Origin: Marsupella aquatica | Lineage: Eukaryota; Plantae; Marchantiophyta | Reading direction: 5' to 3' | Length of the DNA stretch: 64,000 nucleotides | Assembly (NCBI GenBank): GCA_973895155.1 | Contig: OZ316895.1 | Coordinates: forward strand, 19,978,803 to 20,042,802 | In this document: positions 25,805-37,100 of the stretch, piece by piece | Numbering within the stretch: position 1 is the stretch's first letter | Layout of the letters: each line of letters begins with the position of its first letter | The notes under the pieces: generated by a model | Database searches by the model: none | The model's input: only the letters and a program-made list of their open reading frames with translations | What the model was told of the DNA's origin: nothing | Program-made: the position numbers and the translations under genes

Positions 25805-25889
25805 ACGAGGGATGCCACAAAAGACTATCAAGGCAAAAAAAAGTACACCTGGTCCATAGACATGTAATTTAGAGCGATTGGCACTATCG

Positions 25890-26232
25890 ATGCATACTCA
25901 GGGGGTCACTTTCACAGAAGTGGCACATCACGTGCGATGAAGTATAGGCCCATTTAAACAGGTGTGGCGGAAGACTTCCAAAGTTTGGTGGAAGAACACA
26001 TAGGACATGTTTTCTTGACTAATCAACTTTAAAGAACACATAGGCCTATTTAATTGTAAAAACATTTTCCTTAAAGTTTTTAGGGGTTTTTTAGTAAAAA
26101 ATGACAAAATTTAAAGAAAGAAAGGGTTTTGCAAAAAACTATTTTTCACTTATAAGTTAGGGGGGTCAAACCCTAAAACGTTGCACGTGATGTATGGCCC
26201 TCCATGTAGTGACCCCCCCCCCGAGGATGCAT
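25890..26232. mobile_element. MITE of about 340 bp with ~45-bp imperfect terminal inverted repeats
   Basis: Left end atgcatactcagggggtcact...acatcacgtgc; the right end reverse-complements to atgcatcctcggggg..gtcact...acatcacgtgc. The interior is AT-rich and non-coding. Confidence 0.75.
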
Positions 26233-27208
26233 ATTAATGTTGAAATCCGTACAGTTAGAGAGACCACTGCCTGTTGCCTGCAGCATTGCCCGACCATAGT
26301 ATTGAGATAACATGACAAAACAAGACTTCACTTCTGTGCAGCAGATGGTGTCTCAACAGTATATGAGCAGAGTTGGATACCAGCAGGTGCAGGACTTGAA
26401 TCTTGCCAGGCACACCACTCCTCTTTTGTAACAAACCCCACCCAAAAGTGGGGTTCATTCAGTTCCTTTGGCATTTCCAAAAAAAATTGCAATCACACAT
26501 TCTCTCGGGCAGCGGACGGGGATGGCCACGGGCAAGGAGCGTGTAAGGCTCATTAATGAACCTTGATATTGTCATTCGACGTGAATGTGATGTTCACCTG
26601 CTAGTAATGCTGATTAACATAAGACTTTCATGGCAAAAAATGTACAGCAGGTATATAAAGAAATGATTTCATCTTGGAGAATTTTTGAAGGTGCTATATG
26701 GTGAATGCACATTTCAGATTTTGTCTTATTCAAATTTTTGTGTCATGTATTTTCATTTCAATCTGCCTTATCAAGGGACAGCCTTTGTATTCTATACATT
26801 TTTAATTAATTTTTAGACCCCTTTAGTTTTAGCTATTTTAGAGTGTTTTGAACTTATTTTGGCAGCCCCCCTTTCATAATATGTGTTTTCTTAGAGATGA
26901 AACCAAAGGCTCCAACACCACGAGTGAGAGAAATGATGCTAAAGAACATGAGTGCATAGCCTCTTAAGTTCTCCTCATGTTTTTCTTTCCTAGGTTTATG
27001 GTTTTTATTGAAAGGAGTGTCATTCATAAGGCACCCTGAGTTAAGTGCACACATCGTAGCATCGTTTGACTGTACCTTTTCTTGGTCAGTGTGCTTGTCT
27101 TGGTAGACACTTTACTTATATAACAGCACTTCTATGCTCTCATATTTTATTTACTTTCAGATCATTACAAGACCAAAAATAAAGCATGTTCCAGGATGAG
27201 CATGCTAT

Positions 27209-27322
27209 ATAAAGAAATGATTTCATCTTGGAGTAACTACCTTAGTGCTTGGGGACACTGCACCAGGTGTCATAAAGAAACTATTTCATCTAGGAGTGCC
27301 TACTTTAGTGCTTGGGGACACT
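27209..27322. repeat. ~63-bp tandem duplication with a third partial copy near 26652
   Basis: ataaagaaa..atttcatct.ggagt..ctac.ttagtgcttggggacact x2. Confidence 0.8.
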
Positions 27323-27860
27323 CCCCTATGCAATTGCACAGTTCACTATATATTACTCTGCCGAAGGGCAGAAAGGTCCAACCGGGAGACAGGTTCCCAT
27401 GGCAGAGCAACCCAAGAATTGCACACTGTGAGAATGGAATGGAATGAACATGTGTATAGTCGGGAATAGGAGTACATATAGTGGGACCAGGATGACCGGC
27501 TGGTCCGGTCGTCCGGTCAAAGGTAGAGTCTAACACTCCCCTTTGGATATATAGTGACAACTATATAGACAACATAGACTATACCTATTATATCATGTTC
27601 ATATGAAATACATGATATAAGTACAAGCGAGGTAGACTGCCTCGTTAAAAAACCTTTATCAACTCTAGCTTAGTAAAAACTCTACCAGTGTAGCAGAGAA
27701 AAATATGAGTGCTAAAGGAAAAAGAGTGCAGCCTAACAGTCCTCGTCGTAATAAATGTCAATGTTAAGTAAAGTTAGATGTTATAGTAAGTCTAGCTTTA
27801 ACATGTGTCTCATCAGTAAGTCGTCAGCAGCATATCATCAGCATCATGTCGTCAACATCA

Positions 27861-30800
27861 TCAAGTATCATGTGGAGCGGTAGCCTCCATGGTCATCATG
27901 CGTCGCACGCTCTGTAGTCTAATCGCCTGGTAGTGTCGGTGGTGAACTGATGGCGATAGTGATTTGGTGAAGAGATCCGCACAGTTGTCTGCACTTGAAA
28001 TCTGCAAAATGTTGATCTCTTTTCCATGTAACTCGTGGGTGTAGAAAAACTTTGGAGCTATATGCTTCACGCGATCGCTTTTGATGAATCCTTTCATGAT
28101 CTGCTGTATACATGTTGCGTTATCCTCAAAAATGTTAGTAGGTTTCGTTAGTGATGGTAGGCCGCATTTGGTGTTGATGTGGTTTATAAAGGATCGTAAC
28201 CAAACGGCTTCGCGACTAGCCTCATGTAGAGCTAAGATTTTTGAGTGATTCGATGAGGTTGTTGTTAGGGTCTGTTTCACGTTTTTCCAAGAAAAAATGG
28301 TACCCCCAAAAGTAAAAACATATCCGGTTTGGGATTTTGCGGTGTCAGTGTCGGAAAGATATCCGGCATCCGCGTATCCTATGAGTTCGTGGTTTGCACC
28401 GAATGGGTAAAATAACCCTGTATTGGTGGTGCCACGTAGATACCTAAATATGTGCTTAACTCCGTTCCAGTGTCTGGCTGTGGGAGTTGCACTATGTCTG
28501 GCTAGTAAGTTAACTGCAAATGCAATGTCTGGTCGTGTCTGATTTGCTAGATACATTAATGCTCCTATCGCAGAAAGATATGGAGTTTCTGGTCCTAATA
28601 TGGGTTCATGTTCTTCGCGCTTGCGAAAAATATCAGTATTGTTTTCTAATGAACGTACGACAATTGGTGACGTCAATGGGTGTGTTAGGTTCATATTGAA
28701 CTGTTTTAGGATCTTTTCGGTTTGTGTGGTCTGATGGAGCATCATGCCAGTAGGTAAGATCTCCAGTTATAATCTTAAGCAAAAGTTTGTATGTCCAAGG
28801 TCTTTCATCTCAAATGTTGATTTAAGGCAAGTAATAGTATCTTTGGTAATTTGGGGTGTCCCAAATATGTTTAAGTCATCAACATAAATGGAAACGATGA
28901 CATATTCATCATCCACATGTTTAATAAATAAACATGGTGTAATGGCATCATGGGAAAAACCCATGGCAATCATTTCATCAGTAAATCTTTGATACCATAC
29001 TCTGCCACTTTGTTTCAGGCCATATAATGCCTTCAATACACGGATAGCTAGTCCGCGGCGAGTATTTCGTACGATTGACACAGCGGTGACTTAATTATGG
29101 ATTACATGTGTAGATGATACATGAGGTGTAACTTGAGATAATTGTGTTAGAATCTTATGTAGATATGGGATATGCGATTTAGCGCCTTGAGCTAAAGCTC
29201 GGCGACGTTGCTCCAACTCTGGAGGTGATCGCATGTATAGACAAGTGTCTAAAGTGCCATATAGATATGCAGTTGCAACATCCAATTGTCGCATCTGTAG
29301 TTTATGGAAAATGGCAAATCCGATAAGATATCGGAATGTTGTGCTATCCATAACCGGTGAGTAAGTTTCATCGTAATGAATTCCCGGTTGTTGGGTAAAT
29401 CCTTTCCCTACCAGACGTGCTTTGTAGCGTACAATTTGGCCTTTATCATTTCTTTTGCGGATGAATGTCCACTTGTAGCCAATGAGATGTACGTCTTGCG
29501 GTGTTGGCTCAACTGGGCCAAAAGTGTGTCTGCTTAGTAGGGAATCTAATTCTCCGTTTATAGCTTTTTGCCATTCAGGCCAATCTGGTCTATTTTGGCA
29601 TTCTAATATCGATATTGGTTTGGGTGTTTCGTTTGTGATATGTGTTGCCACCATTAATGCAAAAGCATCGTCTATTGAAGTAGTATTTCTATCCCACGTC
29701 GCACCTGTGTGTGCGCAGTGGATAGAGATCTCTTCATGGGATGTAGATTTGGCAGTGGATAGAGATCTCTTCATGGGATGTAGATTTGGTATGATTGACA
29801 TCAGGTGAAGGTGGTATAGATGAACCATGCCTTCTCGGTTGTTTATCTTTTGATCCCAAAGGTCTGCCTCATTTGGCACGAGGTTGGGATGTACTTGCTG
29901 GCTCACTTGATAATTCGATGCGAGCAGATGTTCTCGCAGCTGGAATATGTGAGCGGGTAAGTTGTGATGTATCAACGAAAGTGTCAGGAAGTTCTTCCAC
30001 AATCTTGTGGAGTTGCAAAATTCGTTGAACTTCTTTCTCCCCTTGATTTGTTCTAAGGTCTTGCCAAAATGGCGGATGTCTTTCCCACTCCAAAGGTGGT
30101 TGTGGGTGTTCAGGGGTTATTAATGGTGGATAAATGTGTTCATCAAAATGGCAATCTAGGAATCTGGATTTAAAAACGTCGCCAGTTGTTGGCTCCATAT
30201 ATCGGATTATGGACGGAGAGTCAAATCCGATGTATATCCCCAACTGTCGTTGGGGTCCCATCTTGGTTTGTTTGGGTGGAGTAATGGGGACCATTACTTG
30301 GCATCCAAATGAACGAAGGTGGGATAAGTCTGGTTTTATACCATTAGCAATTTGGTATGGGCTATAGGTGTTAAAAGCCGATGGGCGGTATTGAATTAAT
30401 GCATTAGCTTGTAATATGGCGTGTCCCCATGCTAAGACGGGGAGTTTTGACTGCATTAGTAATGGGCGTGCAATTAACTGAAGGCGTTTAATGATCGCTT
30501 CAGCTAATCCGTTCTGAAAATGCACGTGAGGTACAGGGTATTGTACGTCTATGCCAAGTGATGTGCAAAAGTCATCAAATGTTTCGGATGTGAATTCCCT
30601 TGCATTGTCCACCCTTAGTGTCTTAATGGGGTGATCTAGGAATTGTGCTTTCACGCACAAGATTTGCACCAAAATGCGAGGCATAACCATGTTCCTCGTT
30701 GAAAGCAGTGTCACATTTGACCATTTAGTTGATGCATCGATTAATACCATAAAGTAGCGGAAAGGTCCGCTCGATGGGTTGATTGGCCCGCAAACATCTG

Positions 30801-31420
30801 CATGGATTATTTCCAAGAATTGGGGTATTTTAGTTGGCAATTTTGATGTCGTGGGCCTTGTTATTAATTTTCCGCGTGAGCATGCGGTGCATGGGGTGCT
30901 AGCTGGAATGTGGCGTGTATTGATTGGAATGCCACTTGAATTCTTAATTATTTTGCTTAGCATTAATTGGCCGGGGTGGCCGAGGCGTGCATGCCAAAGC
31001 GCGGGCAATTCACTTGTTTGAACATTGTTGTGCAGGCATTCAATATGAGTTACATAAAACCCGCAGGGGTACAAGAAAAGGGTTTCTTTAATGATATTCC
31101 CCGTAGGAGTATTTTCAACCAAGTGTATCACTTCCTGATCTCTGGTATCACCCGTCTGGACATGTAGTCCGTTCGCTCGTATATCTCTAAAACTGAGGAG
31201 ATTACGGGTTGTGTTCGGGGCGAAAATAGCAGATTCTATGTGGATAGCTGTACCCTGCGGGAGTCTAATGGAAGCTGGGCCAAAGCCCTCTTCTATTTGG
31301 CTAGGGCCATTGATAGTGGTTAGGGATCGACGTGAGGGTGTAATCTTGTGAAAAAGGTGTCAATCCCGGAGGATAGTATGCATAGTTGCGCTGTCTATAA
31401 TACATGTGCTGTGACTATTT
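27861..31420 (-). pseudogene. Bianca-like pol: protease, integrase, RT and RNase H fragments with stops and frameshifts
   Basis: CIIDSATMHTIL; [14 protein letters not shown]; HADVCGPI, LIDASTKWS, RVDNA.EF, QNGLAE; RYKARLVGKGFTQQPG, LYGLKQSGRVWY, IYVDDL; GYADAGYLSD, EDNATCI, KHIAPKFF. Confidence 0.93.
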
Positions 31421-31574
31421 AGATCTGGGGTTGTGGAGCTACTTGCCACTAAGTGTGCCTCGGGTTGGGCAGGTAGATCTGAAAAGTCTTGGAATGGGTC
31501 GCTGGACCCCATAAACGCCCCGTGGGTTTCACGGGGTGGTGGCCTAGAGGTTTGTCCATCTTGGATGGACCGTT

Positions 31575-32574
31575 AGTATAGATCTCTAAGGTGTTGCGGG
31601 ATTCTATAGTTTCTCGCTAGGTGGTTTGTCATGCCACATTCATGGCATTTTGGTCGTTCCCGTTGTTGTCGGGATTGTGACCAATCATTTCTGCGGTTGT
31701 TGTTATATGTTCTTCCATCGTTGCGTCCACCGCGTCCGCCACGTCCTCCTCGTCCTCCGTGTCCTCCACGTCCTTCTCGTCCACCACGTCCTCCACGTCC
31801 TCTAAAGGTCCGTTGGGAGTTATATTGTGGACGTTGGTTATAGAAACGCCCCCTATTGTGGGTGTTTCTTTGGTTGCCATTCTTAGTGCGCTTTATGCCT
31901 TGCCTCGATGTGGAGGGTTCAACATTTTCTATGTTATGGGTTTCATTCTGTTGTCCTGAGGGCAGTGTGCCCGCAGGTCATTTTCTAGAGTTTACTAAAA
32001 GGAGTTCTTGGTTTCTTTCGGTGACTAGGAGGTGGGCTATAAGCTCGGAGTATTGCCCGAACTTCATGTTTCGATACTGTGTTGATAGCCACACATTCGA
32101 TGAATGAAATGTCGACAGGGTCTTCTCTAGCAGATCCTTGTCTGTGACCGGCTCGCCACATAGTGCGAGGGTTGATGTTATTCTAAAGAGTTTGCTATTG
32201 TAGGCTGAAATAGAAGTGAAGTCCTGGACTCGCAGGTTTAGCCAGTCTTGCCTGGCTTTAGGTAGTTCGACCAGTTTTTGGTGGTCGAATCGGGTCTGTA
32301 GGGCTGTCCATAGTTCCCTAGGGGTCGATAGGTGCATGTATTGTCTCTGGATGAATCTATGGATATGGCGTCTCAGGAATACTAGAGCCTTAGATTCGTT
32401 GGCTTTAGTTAATGGGTCTGGTTGTGGTTCGCCGGCAAGGATGGGTTGAGCGAGGCCTATCGCAGGGAGTAGGGTTAGCGAGGTTAGGTTTTCTTTTAGG
32501 TTCATGGACCATTCTAGGTAGTTGTCGCCGTCTATTTCTAGGGCGGGGAAGTTGAGTTTCTCAAGGTTGGTCAT
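31575..32574 (-). pseudogene. Bianca-like Gag with RGG-repeat region and degenerate zinc knuckle
   Basis: The 198-aa ORF continues past a TGA (likely CGA) into RGRGGRGG repeats and CHECGMTNHLARNY. Confidence 0.9.
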
Positions 32575-33251
32575 CTCTAAGGTCCTGGCGTGCAGCGTTG
32601 TTGTGCGTGTTTATATAATATATATATAGTCAAAAGACAATGCACATTTGCCGCATGCAATGGTGGAGAAAGGGTTGATGAGAGCAATCTAGGTCATTGT
32701 CGAGTAAAGCGGGTTTTTGCAGAATTTAGGGTTTGCACTTATTAAGTTGGTTTTCTTTGTGAATGTATAACTGCAAGGTTTCCTTTGTATTATCTTTTTC
32801 CTTTGTTAAGCTGTGCAGTAATGAGGTTTTGCAGTTTATGCAGTTATTGGTGGTAATTTACTCGTGACTTGGTTAAGTGCATTATCTACTTTGTAAATGA
32901 AATCTCTTTGACGAAAGTTGCAATTAAAGAGGGTTTTGCGGTTATGTGCGGTTATGGAGCATGTGCTTAGCGGGTTTTGCTCGGTTCGACTTTCTCTCGA
33001 TGTTTTGAGCCTTCAAGTTGCGTTTTCTTCCTCGTTTGCCGCTTCGCTTGACCTTCTGATCTCGTTTGTTTTTCACTCATGGCCATCCGTCCTCAGGTCT
33101 TCTCCTCTCTACTCGCTTCTTTGTGGCTTATGTCTTCGGCTTATTTCGCTGCTTTCGTGTTCCTGTTGCTTCGCAAGCATGTTGCCTCGATTCTTGATTT
33201 GCGAAAAAGCTTACCTAATAGTCACGTTCCTTCGCAAAATTGTTCTTATTT

Positions 33252-33345
33252 TTGCCTGGTACTCGATCCAGGGTGCTCGATCCTTCTTTTCGCCTGGTAC
33301 TCAATCCAGGGTACTCGATCCTTCTTTTTTGCCTGGCACTCGATT
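33252..33345. repeat. ~39-bp tandem repeat (about 2.5 copies) in the Bianca 5' leader
   Basis: gcctggtactc(g/a)atccagggt(g/a)ctcgatccttctttt is repeated. Confidence 0.85.
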
Positions 33346-34107
33346 CGATCTCCTTTGCGCTTCTTTCCCATTTTCGATCACTTTTCGAGATCTACTCGTG
33401 TCATCTCGCTTCGGCCTGCTTCGGTCCTTATGAAATTCTTGGGTCCTTTCATCTTCTTCTATCTACTTTGCTTTCAACTTATGGCTTCCCTTGCAAGTCA
33501 TCATGTTTTGCCTTTATACGTAGTCTCGGTTTTGGTCCCTTTGCGAATCTCTCCGTCTCTTGCCTTCGGCATCTCCCTGTCATTCGTTTGGCATCATTGA
33601 TCCTTGGTGATTGATGATTGGGGCCATGCTGATCTTCATGAGCTTTTTCTTCTATCCTTCTTTATCCTCTTTGTCTAGACTTAATGTGTGCTCGTCCTTT
33701 CTCTCGGAATTTTCTCTGTGCAGTAATTTCCTGCTCCAACAGTCAAAATCTCTTTCCTTCTCCCTCGCGGCCTTATCTGTGTGTGGCCTGATCTGCTTCA
33801 ATCTTCCTTGTAATCTGTTAATGATTCAATGCTCCTTATCGCCTCCGATCTCCATAAGCCTTCGAAGGTTTCCTTCTCAATCTCTTCGATGCTTCATCGA
33901 GACCTTCTTTCTCTTAATCGTCGGAGGCCAGATCGAAGTTTTTTTTTTCTGTTTTCGAAAAGTTTGTATTCACGCTTCCTTTGGTTCACTTTCCTAAGGA
34001 AAAACGAGACCCATGTGCTCCATCTCTTATCACGCTTTGTTTTCCATTCGGCATAAAAAAAATTCAATTCTCCATGGTCTTCTTTTCGGCTCCGCTGGCT
34101 GAGACCT

Positions 34108-34120
34108 CGTGCTGATAACG
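34108..34120 (-). promoter_or_regulatory. Primer-binding site for a half-molecule tRNA-Ile primer
   Basis: The plus strand reads CGTGCT-GAT-AACG directly next to the LTR, matching the anticodon arm of eukaryotic tRNA-Ile(AAU) (CGTGCT-AAT-AACG). It lacks the TGG of a 3'-CCA-type PBS. Confidence 0.75.
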
Positions 34121-37100
34121 TGTGAGAATGGAATGGAATGAACATGTGTATAGTCGGGAATAGGAGTACATATAGTGGGACCAGGGTGACCGGCTGGTCC
34201 GGTCGTCCGGTCAAAGGTAGAGTCTAACACACACCTCATTTTGTAGAAAAGAAAAATTGCTTAGCGCCAAATTAGCTACACCGCTAAGTAAAACACAGGC
34301 TTTATCAGTTAACAGTAGTAAAATAGATAAGCATCAGCGGATAGATAGTATCTAAATTGCGTAGGCAGAGAAGAGTCTCATTTTCAATAGAAACTTGATT
34401 TTGAGAAACAGAAGTAGAAGGAACCTAGAAGCGCAATGTAAGTCAAAAGCTTTTAGTTTGATAGGACTCACCATTTCAGCAATGTGGGACATGTATGGCA
34501 ACACTATGATTTACGGGAAGGCTGTGACATTCCATTAAATGATGACAATTTTTGTGCTTTAGGGCCCAGTGTCCAAAAAGCTAGGCAAGGTAGAGATGAG
34601 CATAGAGTGTTGGCCTAGAAGCGCAATTGTGTAATCCATCAATGCAGGCATCCATGTCGGCCAGTTGGATTAGGGCGATATATGTTCACTTTCTATGTAC
34701 AAGTTAGCTATGTGGTGTACCAAATATGGGAAGAGGCTGGATCCTAGTTGTTTGGCATCAATGGGCTGGAATTCATGAGCGAGGCAACCAAGAGAGAACT
34801 TGTAACTCTGCCATGAATGAATGTTGGGCAATAAAAGTAACACAAAACAAGGGAAGAGGAACCAGACAGATATTAGGGTTCCATAAAATGATCACCAGTT
34901 CAACATATCGACAGAAGAAAGAGGGGACTAGTAACGCTACTAGTGGAGGAAAGAGAAGAAATGGAGACAGCTATAGAATAACTCAAGCTCAAGACACCAA
35001 AAACGAATGAATCCATTGAGGATGACAACTCAGAAGCAGAACTAGGAGCAGAACCAAATGAATGGAAGGACGACCAGGAAAGTTATGTGTGGTTCTGTAA
35101 CTAATAACAGTTAATAGTCAGAAACAATCAACAAGTAGAAATAATTAACAATCAGCAATTAGTCTTAGTTGAATAAAAGATTTACAAAACTGAATAAAGG
35201 GTTTGGCAGTTGCAACTGTCAACAGTTAAGTCAAAGACAGGTATGTCTGGACCAGAGTAGAAAAGTATAGGTCAGTTTGGAAGAAAGTGATAAAGGTCAT
35301 TTGTTGTGCAAACTTTCCAGGACCAGAGACTAAAGAGGAAGCCTAGGAAGAGGTCATGCCGGATTGCTAGACCTGGAGGTAGAAATGGAAGCCCATGGAA
35401 GAAAAACCATGTAAAAGAAATTGATTCAAACTCTTGAATAGTTGATGTTGTTGAAGCCTATTTGCAAAACTGCAGGGAGCATTTGATTACATAGTTTATG
35501 TTTCTTGAATGCAAGTAGGTATAAAGGAAAGAAATTGATTGTGAAGAAAATATGGCTAGAAATGCTCACATTTGATAATGGGAAACATAATGATGTGGCT
35601 GGAGCGGTTCTTAAGAAGGATTGACATTATATTGCATGTGAAAATTGTAATTGCAACCCATTAAGAAATCTTTTAAGTTGGAAGGATTAGAATTTTGCAA
35701 GTAATGTTTAAGGAAGAAGACCCAAAGGAGTGAGAAATGAAAAAAAAACCCACCTTTGCTTGGTCATTTAAGCCAAGGAACTGAAATTGAAAACTTTATT
35801 GAGTTTCTTATTTTACCCTGATAAATGTTGTAGTAGTTGAAGAGTTTCTCTACTCGTCATTATTTTAAAATGTGTAGATTAAATAGAAAATTCAAATAGA
35901 TACCAGAAGATACTAATGTATCAAGCACAACTCATCCAAATGTTATTTTCTTTCACATCTATTTTACAACTTTATAAATTATTTGTTTATTTGAAATGTT
36001 ACTTTTTAGTTTTCCATTATTTAGTTAGGAGGTTTAATTGTTTTTCTTTGCCTTACATCAAACACAAATAGTCAAATTTGGTTCTTCTTGCATAACCATT
36101 GTTCTTGTTTGTGACCAATATTGCTGATGTGGCTACACAAGCATCCAGGAATTTTGGAATGAGCTTCCCATGGGGTCTGTAAAAAGTGCAACTAGCAATT
36201 GAGTTTTAAAAGTTTAAATTTTAGTTTCTTCCCCATCTAACATTGGACTCTGACTTATGGATGTGCTGCTAGAAGCGGGGAATGCATGAGATTGCCTTGG
36301 GGAGATATTGGAGTGTCAGGCTCATTGTGAACTGCTTGTTTGTGTGACAGACTCATTTGATATATGCTTGCAAAGTTCTGCATTACTTGTTGATATAGGT
36401 CATTGTGTTGATGTAATGGCCTCATTTTCTGCTATACTAACTCCATTTGTTTAGTGTAAGTTGCCTGGCTGCAAAGTTGTGTGTGGTTGAAGGATGGGAG
36501 AGTGCAATGAAGGAGAAGTGATATTTGTTGAGGGAGGGGAGGTTAGCTCGGAGACCTTGACATCCTCTTCCTGGATGAGCTTACCCAACCTTACGGCTTT
36601 AAGTTATGGATCTGAGTTGTCTTTTGTGTTTAATGATACAAATTCCACTGGACAGTCTTCATGTACAATGCAGTTGTGTTCACCTCACAATGAGCCAAAT
36701 TTTGTGCCTCTTAGTGACCCAATTGAGACCCAATGCAGGTTGAAGTCCCTGTTGAAGTAAATGTCCAAGGATTTAGGGTACTTGCTGACCCTTCCTTGTG
36801 GGATGCAGGGAAAGGGAAAGAGAAGCATGAATCTATCTGAGCACAATTATTCATGGGCTACTAATAGTGCTAACTTGCTAAGGAAGGTATGACAAATGGG
36901 CACAAGTAGCCCACTTGGAGATTTGTCTTTCAAGATGCTAGATGAGCTTCTTAGAAATGTTTTATTTCCCTGGTTTTGTAACTAGATGGCCAGCAATGTC
37001 CTTCATCTTTGCTAGTGGGCAAGATGAACATTTACAACTGTGTTATCAAACACTTGATAGAAATTTCAATATCTTCAAGCATGAATGTTTTATGAAAACC

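Larger units (their letters stand above)
27427..34229 (-). mobile_element. Full-length Ty1/copia LTR retrotransposon, Bianca-like lineage, coding region disabled
   Basis: 109-bp LTRs at 27427-27535 and 34121-34229 (1 substitution seen), TSD CACAC on both sides, PPT aagggggag, PBS CGTTATCAGCACG. The Gag start MTNLEKLNFPALEIDGDNYLEW, the (R)GRPLGSKDKQPR motif and RPDWPEWQKAI are typical of Bianca. Confidence 0.95.

Noticed and set aside
26255-26458. Short exon-like ORFs right of the MITE
   Set aside because: They are under 70 codons, have no recognisable motif and have no partner exons.
31629-31880. Acidic EDVEDV-repeat ORF and the opposite-strand PPRPPR ORF
   Set aside because: These are alternative-frame and antisense readings of the Gag RGG repeat.
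32918-33997. Several 120-170 aa plus-strand ORFs in the Bianca leader (possible antisense or env-like gene)
   Set aside because: They overlap in all frames and are rich in Leu/Ser/Phe, as expected from a CT-rich, A-poor strand with few stops; no domain signature.
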